A DNA stretch of 64,000 bases. Origin: Psammoneis japonica. Its lineage: Eukaryota. The notes beneath the pieces were generated by a model. The model was not told where the DNA came from, made no database searches, and saw only the letters and a list, made by a program, of their open reading frames with translations. Position numbers and translations under genes: made by a program. Of this stretch, positions 23,940 through 36,464 are shown one piece after another (positions within the stretch are counted from its first letter, which is position 1; each line of letters begins with the position of its first letter). The stretch lies in assembly GCA_008632985.1 (NCBI GenBank), contig QPGO01000074.1, positions 186,001-250,000 of the forward strand. Direction: 5' to 3'.

Positions 23940-26900
23940 ATGGACAGAAACCCTCTTCTCTGTCCCGGTTGTGGCCAAAGTTTTTTGCGAATGGCCTGCC
24001 ATTGGAGATGCTCGCCGACGTGTTGCTCAGTTGCCCAAGAGTTGCAAACCCAAGATCTGGTCCCAGATCAAAGCAACATTCCTGCCACAATGGAGGGGCC
24101 ACCTGAAGAAAGCGGTGGTTCTTCCTCTTTGTCCTCTGATGATGACGAATCCCATCCGAGGCGATCAACTCGCAGCAGATTCCCAAGATCTTCAACGAGT
24201 GATCCGAGCAGCAGCCTCTTGTTCCCCTCCCCGGATGATGCGCCGCACAGAATGGACAACATGTCCTCCATTTCATCAAACCACAGCATGCAAGGAGTTG
24301 AACTTTCAGCAATGAACGATTTGGATGTTGGCGGTGGTCAATCCTTTGCTGCAGTGTTGGACGTGACAATGGAGGAGGAAGAGGACATTGACGATGAGGA
24401 TCAACATTTGGGGATCAGGTGTGACGCTCCTGCAGAAGAGGCCTTGGCTTCCACTCCCTCTTTGACAAATCTTGATGGAGCTTGCGCAGAGTTGTGCAAG
24501 AAGCTCATGGACACACGTGGTGCTCCCCTGGAATTGTGCAACTGCATTGTTGATTTCATTGAGAGGCACACTGGCAACAGCAACATTGAGCTTGGTGCAG
24601 TTCTGCCAAGGAGAAAAGAGTTGATGCGTGCCTTAACCAAGCATTTCCCTCTTCCACCCAGCGAGTCCATTCCTGTCACTCTAGAAACCAAAAATTTCAA
24701 AACCGGTTTGCCAAAACGAGTGTCAGTGCCAAGATGTGATTTCACAAAGGTTTGGGAACAGTTTTTACTCGATCCTCACCTGTGGTGCAGCAGAGAGAAT
24801 GTGGCTGATCCAGACAATCCTTTTGGGAAGTGCAAAGTGAAGGGACCAGATGACAAGTGCCTTTTGGCGGGTGAGTGGTGCAGGCGCAGTTGTGAAGAAT
24901 GGACAACTGACCCGGAGAAACAATTTCTCAAGTGCAATGTCATTTACCTCGACAAGACTGGCAGGACACAAGGGATGGGATCACATTGCGGAGAGCCAGT
25001 GATCATGACCTCTGCGCATGTTGCCTTCAACAAATGGTCAGACAAGAGTGTCTGGAAACCAATTGGTCATCTCCCGGATTTGGAAAAGATGTCGTCATCT
25101 GCAGCAAAGAATCTCTCAAACAATCGCAAGGCGGAGAAGGGACGCTCATTGAGAGACTGCCACACTTGCTTGCGTGTTGTTTTGGAGCCACTTTTGGAAG
25201 TCATGAGAAAAGGAGGCATGAAAACATGCGTGCAACGAGGGGATGAGATGCGACACCTCCGCGTGATCCCGCTGATTGTTCTCATCATAGGAGACACAAA
25301 AAGCGGCAACTGTCTCGTCGGACGATGCGGAGGTCACAACTGTCGTCAACGTTGCTGTCGTTTTTGCCTGACTGGCTTCAACAAACTGGACGACCCATGG
25401 ATTGAATGCAAGCCCATCCGAGGACTGGATCTCTACCAAGTGCAAACTAAGGCCAACGACGACAACAGATCAGACCAAGAAAGGAAGCACTGGTTGGGCA
25501 TCTTGCATTGCCTCAAGCAACACAACGCACCTGCCAACTGTCTTTTTGAGGCAGACTTTGGCGCACAACCATGCGGCGTTGCCCTTGCGACAGCAAGCGA
25601 CATGATGCATCTCTTTGAAAATGGCACCTTGAAAAGGGCAATCAATTCATTTGTGGACAGCATGACACCTGTGGTTGCAAGTGAGGTGGACAGCACAGTG
25701 GAAAGGATTTTCAGCAATCACCGGTCAACTTGTGAAGCATCCATTTTGCGAACAAACTTCAAAGGAGGAGCAACGTCGCTTGCCTTCCTCAACTCTCACC
25801 ACTGGGCTGGAATGGCTTTTGTTTTCTACCTTCTCCTGTTGACCAGCAAGGGACGAAACGCATGTGAGTCATGCTTCCTTGACGAGGACGCAGACGAACC
25901 CATTGTTCCAGAGAATCACAAGACACCCAAAGCAAACTTTGAGAGTTGCTGCCAACCCAGTGAGCACTTGGACGACTCTGACAATGAAAGGTCGGAGGAG
26001 TCCAAAGAGGGTGACTGGGATGAAAATGAGGATGAGAAAGAGGAGAGTGAGGCTGAGAATGGTGACGACAACCAAAAAAAGAAAAAACACAAGGGAAAAA
26101 GACTCAACTGCAGTGTCCGGCAATTCATTCAATTGCTCGAGGACCTCCTTGTCTTCCACGCATGGTGCAGGCCAGGCGATCCACCCATCACAAGCACAAC
26201 TCCCAGTTCATCTGTTCAGAAAATGGACAAGAAAATCCGTCTCTTCATTGACCGGATGGTGCAATTCGTCCCGCGAACAGAAGGATGCGGGCGGAAGCTT
26301 CAAAAGCTTCATGAAACACTCCATCTCCCAGTGTTTCTTTGTTGTCACCGACATGCGATGAACTTTGACGCAGGCTTGGGGGAGTGTCTCTTGAAAGACT
26401 TTTTCAAGCTGCCATCATCTGCCGCACAACAACGCAACCTTGACAGTTTTCTGAAGCAGGTCGTGTCACGTGTGGAGGACCAAATGAGGCTCAACGCCGC
26501 AATTTCAGCTGACAGTTGGATTTTGCCAACTGGGAAAAAGGAATCATCAAGAGTCAGGACGGACAATCACACGCTGGGAGGAAGTGCGCTCACTCTCACC
26601 TGCAACCGAGGGATCGGCGCTGTGATGTTTGAGTGGAACAGTGAGCACACTTGTTGCCAAGTTCATCCTGTGTTGCTGAACTTCATGTCGGAAAAGTGGG
26701 AGGACTGTGTTGGTGAAGACAGTGAAGGTGCACACCTGACTTGTAAGACAGAGTTTCACAATGCAAGCGGGAGGGATGCGTGCCGTGCGCACCCCGACCA
26801 CAAAAGCGAAGGACCATGGCATGACTTTGCCTGTGTGACCTTCGGCACATGAAAGGGCGATCAACAGTTTCCCTCCCGTTTGCCATGTTTCTTCGAACAG

Positions 26901-27215
26901 GAAGACACAGGATCGATTTTTGCAGCTGTCCATCCAACTGCTCATCAAGCTGACCAGAGAACTGTGAGGCAACGGCATCAGCACACAGACTTGGTCAGTC
27001 GCTGGCAGCTTGATCACAAACGAAACAACTGGCTTTCAACGCCTGAGAAGACTCAGCACTCACCCAAGTTGCGTGTTGTCCCCATCAAAGCAATTGGGGA
27101 CAATGTTTTGGTTTGTGAAGAATGTCCAGGAGCAGCAGAAGCGCAAGAAAAGGCCCCATTTGTTTGGGCCACACAGGACAGAAGGAAGTGTTGGTCAGAT
27201 TTGTTTCTAAAATAG
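23940..27215 (+). mobile_element. Plavaka-type (CMC-related) transposase gene, hypermutated; one in-frame TGA at 26850-26852
   Basis: Motifs IYLDKT...EPV...WKPIGHLPDL, RDCHTCLRVVL, IIGDTKSGNCLVGR...CRFC, SDMMHLFENG, KLQKLHETLH, NFDAGLGE, RAHPDHKSEGPWHDFACV. The frame continues past the TGA (FPSRLPCFF) to a TAG ending at 27215. Confidence 0.8.
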
Positions 27216-27258
27216 GATGTGCGTGTCAATCTGTCATTCACTCACAGTGTGTGCATTT

Positions 27259-28220
27259 TCAGAGCAATTGCTTCCTCATGGATTCTATGCAGTGTCCACT
27301 TGCACCGTCCATTTGGTCATCCTGCGCCATGAAATGTTCCCTGGCAGCCACAATCGCCTGCTGAAAGTCGGCGCTGTGGTCAGGCTGGTTGACAGCCACC
27401 AATTGTGCCTCGATTTGCAATGCCAACTGCAGGACCCTTTCTCTTGCCACGGCTTCTTCGTCCACAGCCTGGATCGCGGTCCATGTCCCTCCCCGCATTT
27501 GATCTGTGCCTGGATCATGCAAAGCTTGCCACTGTCGCTGCAAGGCAACGTCTTTCCTTCTCAAATCATCGAGGGCCTCGTGGAGCAACGTGATTGCATC
27601 CTTCAGGACGCGCAGCGGCTGTGCTGGATGTCACCTTCGAAGGAGTGGCACGGCACGGTGGTGGATGGATTTGTTGATGCTGTCAATCGCAGATTGCTCC
27701 CTCTCCACTGCGCTGTTGGCGTCTGTGTCAGAATTTGCCCTGAGGCTTCTCAGAAGCAACGTCGAGTCATGGCTGTGCAGCATGTGCAGCCTCAATTCTG
27801 ATTTTTGATGTCCCGCAACGGAGATTGGGAGCCCCAATTCTTTTGCGTCAAATGCGTTGCCGTGAAGAAAGCATTGGAAACTCATTTCCGCTTTGCTGTG
27901 ATTTTCCACTGCAACAACACAGTTGTTGTCTGAACAGTGTGTCTCGATCGACGACTTGATGAGCTGCGCATGGATGTGCTTAAATTCGTGAGTGGTTGTT
28001 GCTTGATTTAACAAAGCACTGTCAAGTGCGGTCGTTGCAGCCACAATGGCACAACGGGCTTCCGCCATTGCTTCTGCCAATCTTGACACAGCAGCCTTTG
28101 CATCCTTTGCTCTCTGTTCCTCCAAACAACGAGCAGCGTCAGCGTGAACAAACCATCAAGTGTCTCCATCATCCGGCGACGGAAATCCTCAGCAGCGGAC
28201 AGACGGAGTTCATCTGACAT
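27259..28220 (-). pseudogene. Degenerate coiled-coil ORF converging on the transposase (probable element accessory gene)
   Basis: Helical, heptad-rich fragments at 27259-27588 and 27631-28125, lacking Tyr. Confidence 0.4.
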
Positions 28221-31200
28221 GGTTTTCTTCTGGTGCTCTGATTGTTGTGGTCGTGGGTCCACCATTGCATTCACCAGATTGGTCGTGCGTCAGTCACAAA
28301 ATTCTGGATTCTGCAGAAACACACCAGAGTGGTGCGTGGGAGAAGTCACATGCACGCCTGGTGGGATTTGGAGTTTTGTGCACAAAAACCCGCCAGACGC
28401 GCACGCAACTTCTCCCAGAGAAATCCTGCATGAGATCACACTGGGAAAGGGCAATGCGGAGTGTGGAATTGATGGAAGAAAATGTTGTGCGGAACAGCAT
28501 CAGGAGAAAGGGTGCATGCACTGGAAAACAACATGGATTTCTACATGCGCGTTAAGGCACGTGAAGAACACGTGGGTGCCTTCAAGTGACACATGCGAAC
28601 AATCACAAAGAAACATTCGGAAATGGGGATGGCATGGAGAAAAGTCAGAAACATGGATCCAAAACAAAGTGACACACGATGAAGGCGACGGTGACGGGAT
28701 CGATGAAAAAGAAGGATTCGGATGGAAAGACGCCGGAGACGGTGAAAACAGGTGGCGCCAAGACGAAGAAGGAAGAGAAAAACAGGATGGGAAAAATGAA
28801 GAAAGAGAAAAAGAAGCAGACGACATGACATCAAGAGGGGAGCAGTGGCGCGATTCTGTGTTTCGAGGGACCTCTTCCTCTCTGTGATGTTCACCCAAAT
28901 GCAAGAAATGCAGTGTGGCTTTTTTGGAACGGTGACGAGGAAACATCCAATGCGGCAGCGGCGTGTGCATTTGAAATTCTTGCAAGAGAGCAGACAAGAC
29001 ATGTGGAATGAAGAGGACGATGCGGACGAACAGGCCAATTGGAGCACAGTTGTTGATTGAACAGTTGGTGCACACTTCACATGATGAAAATTTCATTGCG
29101 TGCAACTGCAATGTTTGGCTTGTCATTGAAGATCGTCAGTTGTTGTGAAAAAGGCTGAGCACAAAAATTAAAAAGCATCTGTGTTCAAACATGAAGAACA
29201 GCAGGAGATTGACAATTGGCTAAATGACAAAAACCATCATGTGTGGACAAGTAGATTTTACAATGTGGCAATGTGTTTTCATCATGTGCGCAGATGTTGC
29301 GATGTCGTGCACTCTGATGGAGAGCACTGCACATTTTGCATGGTGGCTGGTTTGTTTTCAAGTGCTCATTGGATGCAATGCCATGTGAAAAGCTCTTTTA
29401 AAATGTGGAAGCAGGACAACTTGGTTGACAATGTCAAGGATTTGTTGTCAAAACTGTCCAAATGTTTGAAGGCTCAGAAGCACGACTTGTGTGTGGCAGT
29501 TGCAGAGCTTTCAAATTGTGCTTTGGAGAGTCAAAACCCCAGGAAAAGGTTCTGCACTGAGTTGCAGATGAAAGAGGATGAAGAGACATCTTGGAAAAAG
29601 GTCAAGCTGCAGGGGCACAAAAGCAGAGTTAGTTTGGCTGGTGATTTTAAGTTTGAGCCAGTGCAGATGCAGCCGGGAGGCATGTCGTTGTTGCCCAGGG
29701 ATGCAGCAGAGAAGATGTGTGCAAGTGCAATGCTCAGCCACAGCAGCTGCGGTGTGGTGACATTGAACATTCTTCAGAAAACCACTGCAGTGAAATCAAA
29801 AGGCATTCCCAATGAGATTGTGGAAAGTGCCATGGAAAAGTTGCACATGTGCAGGTGGTTGTGTGTCATTTCCAGCAAGCACAAGCACATCAAGCACAAT
29901 TTGAAGCATGTCGTTTGGTTGATTCCTGCAATTCACTGAGACTGTGCCCACACAATTGCTTGGTCACAGTTGCACATGGAGCAGGATGAAGGAAAGGACA
30001 AAGATGAAGATGGTGAGTTGCCTCACATGAGCCCAAAGCCAAAGATGATGATGATGACAAAGAAGGCTGCAATGACCCAAATGAAGAAGAAGAAGAAGAA
30101 GAGCAGAGTGACCAGGAGGCAAGTGGGAGCAGCAGCGATGATGAGCCATCCAAATCAGACCAGGAAGTTGTGGCAGAGATGCAGAAAGAGACCAAAAAAG
30201 GAAACCAAGAACACTCTTCAAGTGCATCATGGTTTGATGCATCAGATTCAAGTGTGCAGTGACAGTCAGTTAAAGCCAAAGTGTGACATGAGCAGTGTGA
30301 GAAAACAATGACACACACAAGATGTGACCATCTGCAATGAGAAGATGCCAAACAATGTAAAAAAACCCAAACCCAATTTAAAGTGCTGCTGCACCTTTGC
30401 CCAGCAACACCGGTGCCGGCTGACCCGCACCTCTGGCACACTCTGTGAGGATTGTGGCAGAAGTGGATGGGATGGGCCTGAGTTGTTGGCATTTCCCAGA
30501 GGAGACACCCAATGGAAGCAACTGGCAACAGCGCATGCGTCACAAAGTGCCAACTTCTTTGCTTCTTTCAAACTTTCTTTGAGTCCAGGTGAAACCACAG
30601 AAATCCAATTTTGCGCATGTGTGGCAGAGAATGTTTGATGTTCTTCCACTGAACTCAGCAACACTCCATGATCCTTGGCCAAGCACTTGCCTGATGCTTG
30701 TTGCAAATTGCCGTCAATTCTGCTTCTGCTGTTCGCCATTGCAAGGAAGATGCCAAATGATGTTAGATGTGCATGAAGTGCAACATTGACAGATGCAGTT
30801 TTTTCTGTCATTTGCTTGCCAAAGATTCACAAAATGTCACATCGTCACAGAGACGTTGAGTGAAAAGCAGCACAGCCCACACCATTTCAGCCTGTGAGAA
30901 ATTTGCACCTTGTGACCCAACAACAACCACAACCTTTTTCAACCAACCAATCACAACAGCCAGAAAACAAAAGCAAGTCAATGCCAGTCACAGTGCCAGT
31001 CACAACACGCAAATTCCAACAAATGACAAAAAACCATCATTTTGTTCAAATCAAATCATCTTTGGGTCATGGACATTTGCAATGCAGGTGTTTGTGCAAA
31101 GCTTGCATCAAAGACCATGTCAAGTGGAGTCATCCCGCAGAGAGATTGCTGTGTGCCAGACAATGTTGAAGGCCTTTTGAGCAACAGCCCCCCTGTCACA

Positions 31201-31779
31201 ATGTGCAAATCACAACAATCGGCAAGTCTGGGTTTTGCAGTTTGTGTGGGTCACTTGACAATCATGACAAGCTCCACTTTGTCATGATTGTTTGCATGAT
31301 GTCATTGACAAATCCTGTTTTGGTTGCAATGGAGGATGATGTTGTGGTGGGTGTCATGGCAGGAAATCTCAAGCAGAAATGCAGAGAAGAACACAAGGAA
31401 ACCACAGTTTATCTGAGCACAAGTCAAGGACTGAAGTGGGTCTGGACCTGTGCCCCAAACAAGGAAAACTGGTTTGCCAATGCAGAAATGGAGTCCAAGG
31501 CCATGGAAGAAGGGGAGGGTGCCAAGTTTGAGGTGTGTGATGTTCTGCATGATCCAAACAAGTTGGCAGCAACAATCCACAAATTCAAAGAACAAGCATT
31601 GACAAGTTGGTTTGATGCATGAGCTGGGCCAAATTCTGTTGAGGGTTTGAATTGGCAATGAATGCTGAGCAATGCAATGAAAACAAAGTTGTTTTGAACT
31701 TTGACAACTCTGCTGTGAAAAACAAAATTGCACAGTGATGGAAGATGAAATTTGTTGCACTCCATTGCTTGTGGAATTC

Positions 31780-33300
31780 ACTCACAGGATGTGGCTGCTT
31801 GGTGCGCCAAAAGAAATCCATCATTTTGAGTGACTCTGTTGGTGGAGGTTTGTTGAAAGTGGCATCAATGGGAGATTTGATGCAAAGATCCTGCAATGTT
31901 GCCATTCTCAAAAGAGCCACATGAGCCCAACTTTTTGATTTGTTCCAAGCTGTGGTGTGCAGATTGCCCTTTGTTTGTCCTTGGAGTTTGTGGGCAGTTG
32001 TGCAGTTGTTCACAATGCCAGCAAACAGAAAAATTGACATGTGAGCCATGCATCATTGTTCTTTTGTGTGCTCCAGGAAAAAGTTTGTTAAAAAACACAC
32101 TTCACAGTCATGGTTCCCCCAAGAATTTTGTGCTCTTCTGAAAAGTTGGGCCCATGTTTCACAGTTGATTTCTTCAAGTGGTGAGCCTCAATTGAGATCA
32201 CCCAGAAACTGCCCAAAAGCATGGGAGGCATGGGCTCTCTTGCTCTGGGATGCATCACAGTTTTGCACAGTTTGCACAAAGTGTCATTTGCAGCTCCTTT
32301 TGGTGCATCTTCATTTTTGACAAACATTGCTGGGATTCCTTTGCATGATTTTAACAAAGGGTTCTTGATGAAATGATCTTCTGACATGTTTTGCTGCCTG
32401 ACTCAGAAACTTTGTTAAAAAAATCTTGCGGCACATGTTTGGCAAGAGTGTGTGGGTTGTGCATCCATTTGTGATGTGACTGGATTTAACAACCAGTGTG
32501 TGAGCCAGCACAAAACCTTCTTTCTTGTTTTGGGAGTGTGCAATTTGCAAATGACTAAAAAAGACATTGCTGTTGTTGGCATTTCCATCTTTGTCAGTGT
32601 GACAAGCAATCTGCACATTTCCAGGCACCACTCAAAAATCAATGCCATCATCTGCAACAATTCTTGAGTCAACAAGTTTTGTGTCCATGTCTGTCACTTT
32701 GCCAAGTCACAATCTCTCCAAAAGGCTGCTGCAAATCTCATTTGCAAATCTGTGCCCCTGTCAAGTTCAACAAAACAATTTGTTTGTTGGAGCCACAAAT
32801 CCAGCACATTGTCCACATGAGCTAAATCACTGCTGTCTCTGACAGGATCTGGTTGAAAAAAATCCCCACTGAAAATCAGCAGCAATCCACCATGAATGTC
32901 AGAAAGATTTTGTTTTGAAGCATGCAAAGTGTTGTCTGTGGGCTGTGTCATTTTGGTGTTGGCAAATGACATTTCATCTGCAGCTGACAATTCAACTTCT
33001 TTCCACTCATCTGCAAATGCTCAAACTTGCACAAAGTTTGAGCAATTGCTCAAATGTGCATTTTGAGTCCAAAGTTGAGGCTGCCAGTGCAAAACCACTG
33101 TGCAGTGCTGGCCCACTGTGCAGCACTTGATGTGCATGCTGTGATTGCTGCTTTCACTGCATGCAGGTGTCAGCACAAAACAAATGCAACAGAAGTGAGG
33201 TGTTTGCAGCCGTCAGTGACAAACAACACAAATTGCAACCATCACACATCACACCATGGTGACACAAACAAAACTTTCTTGATGAGAGCACCCTCCAGAA
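31780..33300 (-). mobile_element. PIF1-like helicase remnant (Helitron-like), heavily decayed
   Basis: Fragments ADEMSFA (Walker B), GGLLLIFSGDFFQPDPV (motif III) and CTTAHKLQGQT...WAHVALLRMATL (motifs V/VI). Confidence 0.75.
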
Positions 33301-33699
33301 ACCCAATGATCTGATGAAAGACATGTGATGCAAACTTGCACACAAAAATGTTGAAAGATCTGGCAGAACAGGCTTTTTTGGGGGGGCTGCGGGGACCATC
33401 AAGGAACAGTGTCATGAACAACATTTTGCCTTTTGTTTTGATCAAAAATGTTTTTCCAAGTGTGCCAAGGCACTGACATGTGCCACAATGTTGAGATCTG
33501 TCATTCCAAGTAAAAAATGCAGCAAATGGATCATCAGTGCCGGCATTGTCTTCATGTTGACACAGTGCTGTGCGTCGCAGTGCCAACACAGATTTTGTGC
33601 AGCATTCATTGTTGGTTGCTGTCATGGGTTGGGAAAACCACCTGGTGTGTGCACGTGAGGAGCTCACATGCAACGTCGCCTGGCAACACAGGAGGAGTG

Positions 33700-34880
33700 A
33701 CAGATGTGGAGCAAGGGCAGAACTGAGTCACACAGGCAGGGAAAGGGATGGGATTGGGTCAGGGTTGGCAAGCCAGGGCTGCAGTTTGGTGGTGTGGTGC
33801 AATGGGTGAGTTCATCTGCAAGCAATTTGGTTGCTGCAAAGCCAAGGCTTTGGAGGCCCCATTGTGACAGAGTCAAAGTGTGATGGGTCAGGCCAAAAGG
33901 TGCAGCAGATGTGTTTTGCCAAGTGGCAGTGGCGGTGGGGATGAGGATGGCGGATGGGGACAGTTGTGCGCAGGCACACAGCACACACGGCATTGTCAGT
34001 GGGATGTTGAAAGGAATGTTTGGTGGTCCAGGGGGGGGGGGGGGGGGGGTGGTGGCGGGGTGGGGACGGGGTGTCATTGATCGGATCTGAAGAGGAGGTG
34101 GTGTGCAAAGCAGCCGGGAGCTCCAAAGTGATCGATGGTGAAGGGGATGTGGCAGATTCCGGCATCATTGAGGGCAGATGTGAGGGTGGCTTTGTGTTGG
34201 GTTTCATGCATTCTGTTGAACTTCTGTTTGGTGCTCACGTGGTGTGCCTTGGTGTGTGGTTGAGACTGGGGGCAGGCAAGCCAGGAGCAGGCAATGGAGG
34301 AGGTTTAGGATGGTCACGTTGATTGCAAGGCACAACAGTGTCCAAGGGGGGAGGCAGTGGAGGCAACTGGGTTGAGCTGGATGCCTGCATCAGCAGGGTG
34401 CTTGAGGGGCAAGTGGGGCACAACATTGGTGGGTTTGTGATGGATGGCTGAAGGGTTGGTGCAAATGCCAGAGAGGGGGGGGCAAGGGTCTGAAAAAGGT
34501 GGCAAAAAGGGCATCTCGGATGGCGCTGGACATGGTGGTTTTGTGTCCAAGGAATCGGCAGCAGAAAGCATGGTCACCACAGGGGTTGGCAGCACCATTG
34601 CAGGAAGGGCAAGAAATGGATTCAAGGTGGTCAGGGGAAATGGGAAGCTGGAGCTTGCATTGCAGCATGAGGCGGAGTTGCTCCGAGGCCCGGCGTTGTT
34701 GAGGAAGGCAGCGAGCAAGGGAGTGGAGAGGGAGGCTTGCAAGCGGAGAGAGGAGGGGTGGGAGTGCAAGGGTGACGTGCAGAGGGCCTTGTTGTTGGAG
34801 CAGTTGCAGTTGGTGCTGAAAGTGGGCATGGAACAGGGTGTGGGAGAGGTTGCGCAATGGGTGTGTTTTGACAAGTTCGG
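33700..34880 (-). mobile_element. Non-LTR retrotransposon 3' remnant (zinc knuckle plus restriction-like endonuclease, CRE-like)
   Basis: CPSCNGAANPCGDHAFCC...AIRDALF followed by P-x-x-PAD, matching the C-x2-C...H...C / RHN..RD / RPAD pattern of RLE-type LINEs. Confidence 0.6.
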
Positions 34881-36464
34881 TGAGAACCGGAATGTGACTC
34901 AGGCGGGACTCAAGTGGTTGGGTCCCGGTCGCGACAAAATGGGGTCACGTGGCACTGCAAATTGCCAAACACTTGTCACTGTTTGCACGCAAAGCGCATT
35001 CGATCACTCTGAAGAGGAAATTTTCTATTCGTTGTTTGTTTGTGCCAGGCTGCACAGAATTCTACAGAAACTCCCTCCGACGTTTCACCCGCGCTTCTCG
35101 CAAAACAACGTGCGACAATGCGGGGAACACCGTCAGCAGTTTGCGACAACTTTCCCTCTCCAACAAAAGAACAGAAATGACAGTGTTTGTTCACAGGAAT
35201 TGTTGACACCTTTGGCACAATGTTGACAGCAAGGAGTTGCAGGATGCAGGATGCTGCTGCATGAGAACAGCACTGCAAAACACGACGACAATGTCCAGCG
35301 TGGCAAACACAGCCACGCCGCAACTTAAATGCCTGTCAATGACAAGCACTCTATTTGATCATTCAATGACACTGCCTTTGTTCCTAGATCTGTTGCCTGC
35401 AAAGCCAAACTGAAATTTTTCCTGTCTTCTTCGCGTTGTGCCATTGAGAGCCGAGAGCGAGTCACTTGCTCTGCCGATGCAGAGAATGTTCTTGATTCTT
35501 GATGTTTGCGCTGCATGCCATGCATTCAATGTCTCCATCTGTCACACACAAATCTTCCTTCTAGCATGTCTGTCATGCAAAATTTTGCTCAATGGACTGC
35601 GTCACCCGGTTCAAGATCCCACTCATGAGAGAGACGAGTTGAGCACTCCATTTCTCTCTTGCACGAGCCATTTGCGGCCCTCCCATCACCTCGAACATCC
35701 ACACCGCAACACAAAATGTTCAATGTTCGAACGAAATTTACCAGCTTTGGTTGATGAAAGATAAATTGAGCCTCAATGCCACTGAACAAAAGCAAACACC
35801 ACGTGACACGCCAGCTGGGATGTCAAAATGGCGCAGACAGAGAACAAATGTGAGTGAAAGCACCAGCGGAAACAATGCAAGCAACAAAGCTCTCTTTTGT
35901 CACCATTAAGAGCGCACTGAAACATGGGAGAGTGGTGAAAATTGGCAGAATCGATGATGATGGGCACCGCCATTGTCGGGTGCATCCTTGTGCTTCAACG
36001 TGTTTTTGTCGGAGGTCGGAGGTCGGAGGCGGGAGGAGCGTCGGAAAGCAGCAAGACTTTGCGCTGTACATTTCTACGTGGCTCTGGTACAAAATCCCAA
36101 CGAATGGAAATTTTCCCTTCGGAGGCCAACGAAGGCGCTTTACGCGCCAAAAGTGACAAGTGTTTAGCAATTTGTAGTAAATGACTAGGGCCCTACGTAT
36201 GAATCACGTCAAACCGCAATCAAATGGGAGCGGTCATACGTGATGCTTTACAATTTGGTAAGATTGATTTGACAAGATTGAAGTCCAGGTGAGACAGAAA
36301 AGTACTGTAGATCATAATTTAGCGAGAGTGAGAAAAGTGAAGACTATTTACTTTAGTTTTGTGCGCCACTGACGAGTGTTAGTAATATATCATCTGGTTG
36401 TCCAACACAGCGCCCTCCGTGCCGTCTAGCTGCACAACCTGCTATTTCGTCCCTGCAGAGTAGA

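Larger units (their letters stand above)
12430..36080. mobile_element. ~24-kb nested transposon cluster, TpA-depleted
   Basis: No intact host genes. Contains Plavaka-like, helicase, non-LTR and MITE remnants. TA is almost absent except at 15128-15480 and at the edges. Confidence 0.85.

Noticed and set aside
34031..34059. Poly-G tract as a functional G-quadruplex
   Set aside because: It lies within a decayed retroelement Pro-rich segment, and homopolymer length is unreliable.
12480..36060. Dense overlapping Cys/His-rich ORFs in all six frames, as novel genes or an alternative genetic code
   Set aside because: Loss of TA removes TAA/TAG stops and Tyr codons, which inflates ORFs in every frame. 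Neighbouring real genes use the standard code with TAA/TAG stops.
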